Source of the DNA: Myxococcales bacterium
GTDB lineage: Bacteria; Myxococcota_A; Polyangia; Palsa-1104; JAEUJZ01
Length of the DNA: 64,000 bases
Assembly: GCA_016794365.1 (NCBI GenBank)
Contig: JAEUKB010000025.1
Location: 180,693-244,692, forward strand
Direction: 5' to 3'
In this document: positions 37,795 through 46,937 of the stretch, one piece after another
Position numbering within the stretch: the stretch's first letter is position 1
Layout of the letters: each line of letters opens with the position of its first letter
The notes under the pieces: model-generated
Told to the model about the DNA's origin: nothing
The model's input: only the letters and a program-made list of their open reading frames with translations
The model's database searches: none
Program-made: the position numbers and the translations under genes

Positions 37795-39873
37795 ATGGGC
37801 TGTTATCTGCTCACGCAGCGAGTGGCGGAGCGATGTTTGTTCGTCGCTGCGCTGTGGCTTTTGGTGCCGTCGCCAAGTCGCGCAGAGGATCCGTTTTCCG
37901 CGCGGGTGATCGCCGACGATCCAGCGCTGCGTGAGGAAGTCAGCAAACAGACGCTCCACACCGAGGAGCTACGCAAGCTGCCGGGAACGCTCGGTGATCC
38001 GCTGCGTGCGATCGAAAACCTGCCGGGTGCGGCGCGGTCTCCGCTCAACACTGGACTGTTCATCATTGAAGGGGCCAGGCCGTCGGATTCGCGGGTGTAT
38101 CTGGCCAGCGCGGAAGTGCCGCAGCTGTATCACTACGGTGGCTTTACATCGGTGGTTCCGGCGGGCTTTCTGGCGAGCGTGACCTATCTGCCACACAACT
38201 TCGGAGTCCGTTACGGACGCGCCACAGCGGGGACGATCGATGTGGATCTACGAAGTGGACGTACGGATCGCTGGCACGCGGCGCTCGATGTGAATCCTGT
38301 TCATCTGGGTGTGGAAGTAGAGGGTCCGCTGCCACCCAAACATCCCGACAGTCAGCAGCCACGCGGCTCGATCTTGCTGGGAGTCCGGCGCAGCTATGTG
38401 GATGCCGGACTTGCGCTCGCGGGGGCTGTGCTCGGTGATCCTCCCGGTCTGCGCTTCACAAATGCGCCCGTGTACTGGGACTATCAAGCGCTGCTGCGCT
38501 ACGCACTGGGAGGCGGAACGCTGCGGGTGATGGTGCTGGGCGCTGATGATCAGATCGCGCTGCGCTTTGCGCGTCCGCAAGATGTGGATCCCTCGGTGAA
38601 CGGAACCTTTTCCACGCACATTCAGTTTCACCGCTTGCAGGTTCGCTATCAGCGTCGATTGGGAAGCTGGGATTGGCTGTTTCAGACCACGAGTGGTTTT
38701 ACCCAGACGGAGCTTTCGCTGGGGCGCTCTGTATCGATGAACGTCAAGACGCTGGGAACCGACGTTCGGATCGAAGGAATGCGACAGCTCTCGGATCGAT
38801 TCCGTTTGCTGGTGGGCGCAGATGTTCAGACTTCCTATGTCTGGCTGGATGCAGCGGTTCCGGCTCCGGTTCGCGAGGGAGAGTTCCAGCGTCCACCCGG
38901 ATCTTTGCCGCAGATCGTTGCGCAAGATCAGGGGTTTTTTGTCAATCCTGCGCTCTATGCAGAGCTGTCTGCGCGACTTCATGAGCGCGTGTCTGTGGTG
39001 CCCGGAGTTCGGCTGGATTACTTCGGATTTTTGCGGCGTCCCTCGCTGGATCCTCGTCTGACGGCCAAGGTGTCTCTGTCTCCGCTGACCACCCTGAAGA
39101 TCGGCATCGGTCGCTATTCCCAAGATCCGGCTGTGCAGGACTACTTTTCATCGTTTGGGAATCCCGAGCTACGGCTGGAACAAGCACTTCATCTGTCCAT
39201 GGCGATAGAGCAAGCGATCTGGAAAGGACTCACGCTGGAGCTTACAGGTCTATACAAACAGCTGTGGGATTTTGCCGGAAGCTCGACCTTTTTCCGTCGT
39301 GTTGGGAGTGGTCTATCTCCGTCGGAAATTCGTCCAGAACGAACTGCTTCCCAGATACGCGGCAGAGTGTACGGAGGCACGCTCCTGTTGCGACAGAGTC
39401 TGTCCAAGTACTTCTTTGGCTGGCTCAGCTATTCCCTTCTGCGTAGTGAGCGCGCGGACTGTGAGCGCTGTGATTTCCGGCTGTTTGACTTCGATCAGAC
39501 ACATGTCCTGATCGTGGCGGCGCACGCAAACCTTCCGTTTCGATTCGAGATCGGACTGCGCTTCCGTTACATCAGCGGCATTCCGCAGACTCCGGTACGC
39601 GGCGGATTTTACGACAGTGACACCGATCTGTATCAGCCGATTCCGTCGAGCCTGCGCAACAGTGAGCGGCTGGAATCGTTTCATCAGCTGGATCTGCGGA
39701 TCGATCGCACGTTTGTGACCAAGAGACTGCGGCTTCAGATCTATCTGGATGTGTCCAACATCTACAATCATCCCGCGCAAGAGCAGCTCATCTATTCCTA
39801 TGACTATACGCAGCGCGCAGCGATCACCGGACTTCCGATCTTACCGTCGCTGGGTGTACGCGGAGAGCTGTAG
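37795..39873 (+). CDS. TonB-dependent receptor-like outer-membrane beta-barrel protein
   Basis: Signal peptide, plug-like TLGDPLRAIENLPGAA, and a long beta-rich barrel with alternating aromatic residues. The C-terminus ends in L rather than F/W. Confidence 0.55.
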   Translation: MGCYLLTQRVAERCLFVAALWLLVPSPSRAEDPFSARVIADDPALREEVSKQTLHTEELRKLPGTLGDPLRAIENLPGAARSPLNTGLFIIEGARPSDSRVYLASAEVPQLYHYGGFTSVVPAGFLASVTYLPHNFGVRYGRATAGTIDVDLRSGRTDRWHAALDVNPVHLGVEVEGPLPPKHPDSQQPRGSILLGVRRSYVDAGLALAGAVLGDPPGLRFTNAPVYWDYQALLRYALGGGTLRVMVLGADDQIALRFARPQDVDPSVNGTFSTHIQFHRLQVRYQRRLGSWDWLFQTTSGFTQTELSLGRSVSMNVKTLGTDVRIEGMRQLSDRFRLLVGADVQTSYVWLDAAVPAPVREGEFQRPPGSLPQIVAQDQGFFVNPALYAELSARLHERVSVVPGVRLDYFGFLRRPSLDPRLTAKVSLSPLTTLKIGIGRYSQDPAVQDYFSSFGNPELRLEQALHLSMAIEQAIWKGLTLELTGLYKQLWDFAGSSTFFRRVGSGLSPSEIRPERTASQIRGRVYGGTLLLRQSLSKYFFGWLSYSLLRSERADCERCDFRLFDFDQTHVLIVAAHANLPFRFEIGLRFRYISGIPQTPVRGGFYDSDTDLYQPIPSSLRNSERLESFHQLDLRIDRTFVTKRLRLQIYLDVSNIYNHPAQEQLIYSYDYTQRAAITGLPILPSLGVRGEL

Positions 39874-39994
39874 ACGGTTCGGACTCTGTTGCGCGTAGAA
39901 ACATCAAATCGTGCGCAGGGAAACCTGGTAGGAAAATGACGCAGTCCTTCTATACTGCGGCTGTGCAGACACACAGGAAGGAAGCGGAGCTTCG

Positions 39995-40516
39995 ATGTCT
40001 TCAGTAGACTCTTCTGACAAGTGGGAACGTCATCGGATCAGACACAATCATCACCATCAACCAATTGCAAACGTCAACTTGGTACACGCAGAAAAGCTCA
40101 GCAGAGGACAGCGTGTTGCCGACGGTCTGGCTCGGATCATGGGAAGCTGGACGTTTATTGTAAGCCAGTCGCTGGTGCTCGCGTGCTGGATTGCGCTGAA
40201 CGTCATTGGCTATACGCGGCACTGGGATCCGTATCCGTTCATCTTGCTCAACTTGGCGCTGAGCTTTCAGGCTGCGTACGCTGCTCCGATCATCATGATG
40301 TCGCAGAATCGACAGGCCGCCAAAGATCGGCTGATGGCAGAGCAGGACTACATCATCAACATGAAAGCAGAAGAAGAAGTGAAGTCGATCATGAAGCACC
40401 TGGAACAGCAAGATGAGGTGATGATCGACATCCTTCGCCGTCTGGAATCGCAGCACGCACTGATCTTACAGACGCTTCCTTTGCAGGCTCCCTCTGTGTC
40501 CGTTCCGCGCGAGTGA
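39995..40516 (+). CDS. DUF1003 family membrane protein
   Basis: RVADGLARIMGSWTFI...DPYPFILLNLALSFQAAYAAPIIMMSQNRQAAKDR matches the DUF1003 signature. Confidence 0.65.
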   Translation: MSSVDSSDKWERHRIRHNHHHQPIANVNLVHAEKLSRGQRVADGLARIMGSWTFIVSQSLVLACWIALNVIGYTRHWDPYPFILLNLALSFQAAYAAPIIMMSQNRQAAKDRLMAEQDYIINMKAEEEVKSIMKHLEQQDEVMIDILRRLESQHALILQTLPLQAPSVSVPRE

Positions 40517-40651
40517 CTGGCGTGAAGCCGCGCTGGGACTGTAGACCCCAATCGCCAAACAGAGCGGGAACAAAACCCCCATCTTGTGTCTGTACGGACT
40601 CCTTTGCGAAAAGAGTGAGCACTTGGTTTCGTGAAAAGGAGAGAGAGGAAC

Positions 40652-41542
40652 ATGAAGCGCACGCCGTTTGCATTTACAACCGCTTTGGCTGCCCTACTTT
40701 TGACCGCAGCGACGGAAGCAGAGTCTTTTGCACTGCCGGTTGGGACTCCTGAAGAAGCGCAGGAAGCAGCCAAACAGAGCCCAACGTGGGATGAGCTGGA
40801 TGCTGCTGGCGTTGACTTTACTTCGATCGTTGCGCTGTCGAACTGCTCCGGTTCACTGGTTCGATTTTCGACATCCAAGACCGATGACTACGCGATGGTT
40901 CTTACGAACGGTCACTGCTTGAGTGGCTTTGTCGCGGCAGGAACTGCAATTGTCGATCAAGCCTCCAGTCGTACGTTCACGCTGCTGGATGCGAATGCGC
41001 GATCGCTCGGAATCCTGCGTGCGCAGCGGATGCTGTATGCCACGATGACCGGCTCGGACTTTGCGATTTATCGTCTTACCCAGACCTACGCGCAGCTGGC
41101 ATCGCGCTATCGGGTGGCTCCGCTTGTGATCTCGCAGAATCGTCCGACCGAAGGAACCGCGATCCGGATCGCATCGGGATTTTGGAAAAAGATCTATTCC
41201 TGCTCGATCGATCGCTTTGTTCCAGAGCTGCGCGAAGCAACCTGGACCTTCCGAGACTCGATCCGCTTTACCCAGCCGGGCTGCGAGACAATTGGTGGAA
41301 CATCCGGATCTCCGATCATCGACTTTGAATCGCGCGCTGTGATCGGAATCAACAACACCGGCAACGAAAGCGGCGCGTCATGCACGATGAACAATCCGTG
41401 CGAAGTGGACGCCACAGGGAAGATCACAGCGACGAAAGGCGCAGCGTACGGACAGCAGATCTATCAGATCTATGCGTGCCTGGATTCCGCCAACAACTTC
41501 GATCTGAACCGCACGGGCTGCACGCTGCAAAAGCCCAAGTAG
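40652..41542 (+). CDS. Secreted trypsin-like serine protease (chymotrypsin fold)
   Basis: Signal peptide. Catalytic-His region VLTNGHC and catalytic-Ser region GGTSGSPI. Confidence 0.65.
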   Translation: MKRTPFAFTTALAALLLTAATEAESFALPVGTPEEAQEAAKQSPTWDELDAAGVDFTSIVALSNCSGSLVRFSTSKTDDYAMVLTNGHCLSGFVAAGTAIVDQASSRTFTLLDANARSLGILRAQRMLYATMTGSDFAIYRLTQTYAQLASRYRVAPLVISQNRPTEGTAIRIASGFWKKIYSCSIDRFVPELREATWTFRDSIRFTQPGCETIGGTSGSPIIDFESRAVIGINNTGNESGASCTMNNPCEVDATGKITATKGAAYGQQIYQIYACLDSANNFDLNRTGCTLQKPK

Positions 41543-41845
41543 TCGTCGATACAGCGAAACATCACGACAGCGCACCAGCGATCTGGGCGCTGCAAGTGTT
41601 GTGTTGGTTCGGCCTTTGGCTGCGCTGTGTCCTTCATCCAAACTGCTCTTGTCCGTCGAGAAATGGCCATCGATCCGGACGTGAGGTGCGACATGTCTGG
41701 CAGCCCTTGTGACCGCGATCGGATCGGCGCTGCGAGATATGAAGCATAACCAATGCATAAATAATGGAGCGCTGGCTGCTGCGGAATCTGTTGGCAAAAC
41801 CAATTTTGATGCCACGTCATCGCTGCATCGCGTTATCGTGAACCG

Positions 41846-43000
41846 ATGGAAGACGCCCTATCAGTCTTAAAAACGGAGTTCCGCAACCGAGGCTGGAATC
41901 AGCGTCCGGTCGGACCTGTTGTCTTTGAGCTCTTCATCCATGTCAGCTTGGCGCTGTCTGGGATCGCGATCTTTGTGCTGACCGAGCCGTGGTGGCTGCG
42001 CGCACTGGGAATGCTGATTTCGACGTATGGATCGGTCGGAGTCGGGACCAACACGCACACCGCAACGCACTACGCGGCCAGCCGTCATCGCTGGGTCAAT
42101 GAAGTGCTCACTCACTTCGGCTATCCGTTCTTCTTGATGCTGGGTGCAACCTTTTGGCGACATCGCCACATCACGCTGCACCACGCCAATCCGAACGTGA
42201 TGGGAATCGATCAAGATGCGGACTTCACTCCCTTCTTTGCGAGCACGGAACTGGAAGTCGCGCGCGGAGCCGGTCTGTTCCGTCGCTATCAGCGCGTTGT
42301 GTTTCCGTGCATCGCGTGGCTGAACAGCTATCTGCGCCAAGTCGGAAGCTGGCGTCACCTGTTTCGGATTCTGCCGGACAAACAGAGACGAAGGACCGCG
42401 CACTTTGTAGACGCAGCGGTGATGCTGCTGCACATCGTCGCGTGGTTTGTGATTCCTTCGCTGTTCTTTCCGGTCCTGAACGTGATCGGCTTCAACCTAC
42501 TGCGGATCGGACTGCTCGGCTATCCGCTGTACTTTGTGCTGGCTCCTGGTCACTATCCAGAAGAGGCGCTTTGTGTTGCGAAGGGAGACTGGAAAAAAGA
42601 CTTCATCTTGCAGCAGACAGCGACGACGATCAACTACCGAACCGGGTTCTTTGGATCGCTGCTCTGTTCCGGTCTTCAGTATCAGATCGAGCACCACCTG
42701 TTCCCGGGATACAGCCACATCTACTACGCGAAGATGGCTCCGCTGGTGGAGGCGTTCTGCATTCAGCATGGCTATCCCTATCGGATGTATGGCTGGACAG
42801 AGTCCGTTCTGAAGACGTTCGAGATCTTTTCCAAGCCCAAGCATGTCTACGCAGATGTCGATGCGCTGCGTGAAGCGGTTCGCCAAGAAGTGGCAGCACA
42901 GCCGCAGCCGCATCGGGCTGTGCGTGAGCGTCCTGTTGCGGTGCCCGCACTCGCTGAGCCCGCTCCGCTTGCGCACGGACTCGGCGAAGAGTCCATCTAA
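41846..43000 (+). CDS. Membrane fatty acid desaturase family protein
   Basis: His boxes HTATHYAAS, HRHITLHHANP and QIEHHLFP with TM helices. Confidence 0.75.
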   Translation: MEDALSVLKTEFRNRGWNQRPVGPVVFELFIHVSLALSGIAIFVLTEPWWLRALGMLISTYGSVGVGTNTHTATHYAASRHRWVNEVLTHFGYPFFLMLGATFWRHRHITLHHANPNVMGIDQDADFTPFFASTELEVARGAGLFRRYQRVVFPCIAWLNSYLRQVGSWRHLFRILPDKQRRRTAHFVDAAVMLLHIVAWFVIPSLFFPVLNVIGFNLLRIGLLGYPLYFVLAPGHYPEEALCVAKGDWKKDFILQQTATTINYRTGFFGSLLCSGLQYQIEHHLFPGYSHIYYAKMAPLVEAFCIQHGYPYRMYGWTESVLKTFEIFSKPKHVYADVDALREAVRQEVAAQPQPHRAVRERPVAVPALAEPAPLAHGLGEESI

Positions 43001-43201
43001 TCCCGTCCAGCGCATTCCGTTCCGCGCCAAATCCGCGCAGCTCGACCGACCCTTCCCGTACGCAAGACCACAGCGCTCGCTGAACCCAGGCTGCGGCGCG
43101 CTGCATGTTGGCGCTGGATTCTGCGGCAGCCCGTTGACGAAGCGGAGCATCTAGGGCAACCTGCGCGGCCACACAAACCAGCTTACGTACAGGAGATTCC
43201 T

Positions 43202-43627
43202 ATGGCTGACGAGACGACCCTGCTCCTTCTCAAACCGGACTGCATCAGCAAGAACCTCGCGGGTGAGGTCATCCGCCGTCTGCAAGCGCAAGGCTTCCGC
43301 CTGCGTGGCTGCAAGATGATTCAGCTCACCGACGACGTGCTCAAGGAACACTACGCGCACATCGCCAGCAAGCCGTTCTTCCCGGAAGTCGCGGGCTTTA
43401 TGAAGAGCAAGCCGGTGATCGCGCTCGCGGTGGCCGGTGACAACGTGATCTCGCAGGTCCGTGATCTGCTGGGTCCGACCGACAGCAAGGCAGCTGCGAA
43501 GGGCACGATCCGTGGCGACTTCGGCGAAGACAAGATGGTGAACATGGTTCACGCGTCGGACTCGCCTGAGGCTGCTACCGTCGAGCTCCAGCGCTTCTTC
43601 AAAGACGGCGAGCTGTTCGCTCTGTAG
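43202..43627 (+). CDS. ndk: Nucleoside diphosphate kinase
   Basis: TLLLLKPD...GFRL...NMVHASDS (active-site His), 141 aa. AGGAG RBS. Confidence 0.9.
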   Translation: MADETTLLLLKPDCISKNLAGEVIRRLQAQGFRLRGCKMIQLTDDVLKEHYAHIASKPFFPEVAGFMKSKPVIALAVAGDNVISQVRDLLGPTDSKAAAKGTIRGDFGEDKMVNMVHASDSPEAATVELQRFFKDGELFAL

Positions 43628-43647
43628 TCCGCTTCGTCGCAGCACAC

Positions 43648-43690
43648 GGCGGCGCAATCCCTTTGGTCGCCGCGCTGACCTCATTTTTCT
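43648..43690 (+). terminator. Possible rho-independent terminator after ndk
   Basis: Imperfect GC stem GGCGGCG...CGCCGCG with a 13-nt loop, followed by a TCATTTTTCTTCT T-tract. Confidence 0.25.
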
Positions 43691-43859
43691 TCTCGCTGGC
43701 TCTCTCGCTGGCTCTCCCTCGCTCCTTCCTTTTCCTTTTCATGTCTCGTCTGATTCCTGACGATGCGTCTGTGCGCGGTCTGCGTGCGTGATCGAAGCGC
43801 GGCGTACACTGCTTCTGATTTTGCGCTTGCCTCGGGATTCTATTTCAGATAGACGGTAT

Positions 43860-44078
43860 CAGCATAAAAGAAGATTCTCGCATCGAGATCGCAATGTCAC
43901 ACGTATGCATATAAGAAGTGTGATAAAAATACACAAGCCAATCATTGAACTGATATTTTGCAACGTAAAATCAATAATAAAACAATTATTGATAAAATGG
44001 ATTCAGAATTAAAACAAAAACAGATCTAGTCTGCTACACCAAAGTAACTCGCTTGTGTATCAAAATAAGGAGCCAGCC
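43860..44078 (+). promoter_or_regulatory. Strongly AT-rich intergenic segment (putative promoter / island boundary) upstream of the reductase gene
   Basis: About 200 bp of very low GC (ataaaagaagattctcgcatcgag...aaaatggattcagaattaaaacaaaaacag) in an otherwise high-GC window. AAGGAG RBS before ATG 44079. Confidence 0.4.
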
Positions 44079-45215
44079 ATGACCTCGAACCATCTTGTGA
44101 CCGGCGCAACAGGCTTCGTCGGCTCCGCGCTTGTCCTTGAGCTGCTTCGCTGTACGGAAGATCGCGTCGTCTGTATCGTTCGTCCGAGTCAGCTGGATGC
44201 AAGCACTCGACTACAGAATGCACTTCTGTCGGCGGCAGAGAGCTACGGTCTGCTGGATAGCATGCGCCGAGCGATCTTCGAGCGATGTATTGCCGTCGCT
44301 GGTGATGTAGAGCAGCCGGACTGTGGGGTGGAGTCGCCACAGCATTTGTCCTGTGATCAGTTTTGGCATAGTGCTGCATCACTTCGCTTTGAAGATAGAT
44401 ATGCTGAAGAAATTTCGCGCGTAAATGTACAAGGAACGATTCATGCATTGTCGCTGGCTGCGAAAATTGGAGTCTCTCAATTTAACTATATTAGTACGGC
44501 TTATGTTGCTGGATCTTCAGAGGGATTGATCATAGAGAAAAAGGCTCCAAGTGCTACGCGCAACAATCATTATGAAATTAGCAAGGCACAAGCAGAAGCT
44601 CTGGTAGAAGCCGATACGCGCTTTGGACGACGTATTTTCCGACCGAGCATTGTGATTGGTCACAGCCGCACGCTCGGTGCCACCAACTTCACCGGCATGT
44701 ACGGATTCGTGCGTAAACTAAAAGCCTTTCACGGGCTGATGGCGCGGACGCAGGCTGGACTGTTGCGGCGAAAATCGCTGCGGCTGCGGCTGGATGTCGG
44801 TGCGCCGCTCGATCTGGTTCCGATTGATCGCGTGGTTGAAAACGCGGTTGCGATTGCGCTGTCGAGCACAGTGTCCGCACCTGAACTGTTGTACTTTCAT
44901 CTGACCAATCCGCATGCACCGCAGATGGATCAGGCCATCGCGACGATGTTTGCGGTGGTGGGTCTGGCACCTCCCATCTATTCAAGCGACAAGAGCGAGT
45001 TTGACTGGATCGATGAGGAGTTCAACGAGCGCATTGACTTCTATCGTTCCTATCTGATTGGACACAAGGTCTTTGACCGTTCCCAAGTGACGCGCATCGT
45101 CGGTGAAGAGTCTCCGAAGCCCTACGAGATGCCGGGTCCGGTCATCGAGCGGTACTGTCAGTGGTACCTCGATCGGCTCAAGCGCGAGCGCGCTGGACTG
45201 CCTGCGACGCGCTGA
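44079..45215 (+). CDS. Thioester/fatty acyl-CoA reductase-like SDR (NAD_binding_4 'male sterility' domain)
   Basis: VTGATGFVGSALVLELL Rossmann motif, YISTAYVAG and YEISKAQAE (YxxxK). Noticeably lower GC in its 5' half. Confidence 0.6.
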   Translation: MTSNHLVTGATGFVGSALVLELLRCTEDRVVCIVRPSQLDASTRLQNALLSAAESYGLLDSMRRAIFERCIAVAGDVEQPDCGVESPQHLSCDQFWHSAASLRFEDRYAEEISRVNVQGTIHALSLAAKIGVSQFNYISTAYVAGSSEGLIIEKKAPSATRNNHYEISKAQAEALVEADTRFGRRIFRPSIVIGHSRTLGATNFTGMYGFVRKLKAFHGLMARTQAGLLRRKSLRLRLDVGAPLDLVPIDRVVENAVAIALSSTVSAPELLYFHLTNPHAPQMDQAIATMFAVVGLAPPIYSSDKSEFDWIDEEFNERIDFYRSYLIGHKVFDRSQVTRIVGEESPKPYEMPGPVIERYCQWYLDRLKRERAGLPATR

Positions 45216-45366
45216 CACAGAGCACAGACAGAGCACAGACAGAGTACAGACAGAGCACAGACAGAGCACAGACAGAGTACAGACAGAGTACAGACAGAGC
45301 GCGGACAGAGTACAGACAGAGCACAGACAGAGCGCAGACAGAGCGCAGACAGAGCGCAGACAGCTC
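45216..45366. repeat. 11-bp tandem repeat YACAGACAGAG, ~13.5 copies
   Basis: Directly read cacagacagag/tacagacagag/cgcagacagag units, immediately after the reductase stop (45215) and before the sulfotransferase start (45391). Confidence 0.9.
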
Positions 45367-45390
45367 ACGGACGGATCAAGGAACGTGTGC

Positions 45391-46461
45391 ATGATCGATC
45401 AAGTGTTCGTTGTTGGGACCGGACGGTGTGGCTCGACGCTGATTTCCAATATCCTGCGGCTTCATCCGCGCATCACCAGCATCTCTGAGTTCTTTTCCTT
45501 CGTGACGGATCTGGGCTGTCAGGTGGCCGCTGCGTTTCCAGCGCAGAACGTAGACGGAGCCTGGCTGTGGCAGCTGATCTCGACGGCATGGCCGCGTCAG
45601 AACCTGATGATTCGGCACGATGTGGCGATGGATGAAGTGTTGTATCCGTTTGCGAAAGGAACCCATCGCTTCGATCGGAACAGCGGAGTTCCTGCCATCT
45701 CGCAGGTGACGTTGCCGCATCTGTCTTCTGATCCAGATACGCTCCTTGATGAGCTGGAGCCGCTTGTGCGCGCGCTCCCAAGTGGGCCGCCAGGACTTTT
45801 GTTTCAGCGTCTGTTTGAGCTGCTGGCTGCGCGGCAAGGGAGTCCGGTCTGGGTCGAGCGCTCCGGCGGGAGTCTGCGCATCACACATCGGCTGATCGAA
45901 CACTTTCCGCGCGCGCGCTTCGTTCACATTGTTCGTGATGGTCGGGATGTCGCGCTGTCGATGAGCAAGCATCACGGCTTCAAGATGGTCCTTGTCTGTT
46001 TTCAGCTCCTTGAAACGCTGGGAGTCGATCCGTTCCTTTCGATGGATCGTCGCTGGGAAGAAGACATGTCCGATGAGCTGGCCGCGCTGCTTCCTGAGTA
46101 TTTTACGCGCCAAGCGTTCCTGGACTTTGCGACGCCGCCACCGCTGTGTGGTCACTACTGGTCAGGAGAGATTCTGGAAGGTCTGACGGTGCTCGATTCC
46201 CTTCCAACAGAGAGACTCCTTACGCTGCGTTATGAAGACTTCCTGCACGATTCCGAGCGAGCAATCACGCAGCTTATCCGCTATGTCCTTCCTGATGAAT
46301 CAGGGGATGTTGCTTCGTTTGTCCGTCGGGCCGCGACTCTGTTGCGGGCTCCCTCTTCGCGCTGGATGGTGGGCGAAGACAAGATCCGACGTCAGCTTGA
46401 AGATGCCTGCGCACCCGGCTTGGCTGCGCTCGCTGCACGCGGACTTTCGTGGCCGATCTGA
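45391..46461 (+). CDS. Sulfotransferase family protein (P-loop-like PAPS-binding motif)
   Basis: MIDQVFVVGTGRCGSTLISNIL at the N-terminus. RBS AAGGAACG. The track ORF's upstream extension through the 11-bp repeat is rejected. Confidence 0.5.
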   Translation: MIDQVFVVGTGRCGSTLISNILRLHPRITSISEFFSFVTDLGCQVAAAFPAQNVDGAWLWQLISTAWPRQNLMIRHDVAMDEVLYPFAKGTHRFDRNSGVPAISQVTLPHLSSDPDTLLDELEPLVRALPSGPPGLLFQRLFELLAARQGSPVWVERSGGSLRITHRLIEHFPRARFVHIVRDGRDVALSMSKHHGFKMVLVCFQLLETLGVDPFLSMDRRWEEDMSDELAALLPEYFTRQAFLDFATPPPLCGHYWSGEILEGLTVLDSLPTERLLTLRYEDFLHDSERAITQLIRYVLPDESGDVASFVRRAATLLRAPSSRWMVGEDKIRRQLEDACAPGLAALAARGLSWPI

Positions 46462-46599
46462 TTCCGGAAGGTGACATCGATCCGTGCCTGCTCGTGGCGT
46501 TCCATCCGCGCTGGATTGCCTGCGTGCGACTGTCTGCGCTGGGGTTCCCCGCGCCTTCCCTGTTCGCGCATCGGCTGGGACATGGATGTCGAAAAAGGA

Positions 46600-46937
46600 C
46601 AGTCGCTTCGATAAGATAGGATATCAATATAGATGATCAGAAATTCTGCTTTTAAGAATCTACTTGTATGATAGGATGAACTTCTGTCGTTGTTGGTGTT
46701 TGACTGATTCATGAAGCAAAAGAACGAGTTAAGCTCATTTTGCTTTGCTGCTTCAATTTGATAATAAATGTGGCTGACTTGATCTTGAATATCCGATCCT
46801 CTTCGTCGCTGATGTCGCGATTGAAGCTGGAGCGAATAGAGAGCGAAAGGTTCGCTGTGTTTGTGGCTTATGTCAAAAATGAGCCATATCCGTGTATGCC
46901 TTGTGTTTTTCAACAATTCAGACATGTGGAGTGACGA
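46600..46937 (+). promoter_or_regulatory. AT-rich intergenic segment upstream of the lysine-rich orphan gene
   Basis: Low-GC tract (gatatcaatatagatgatcagaaattctgcttttaagaatctacttgtatgatagg...). Confidence 0.35.

Noticed and set aside
45103-45390. 5' extension of the sulfotransferase ORF through the 11-bp repeat
   Set aside because: It would translate the microsatellite as a TEHRQSTDRVQ peptide repeat and overlap the reductase gene. A good RBS plus ATG at 45391 is the credible start.
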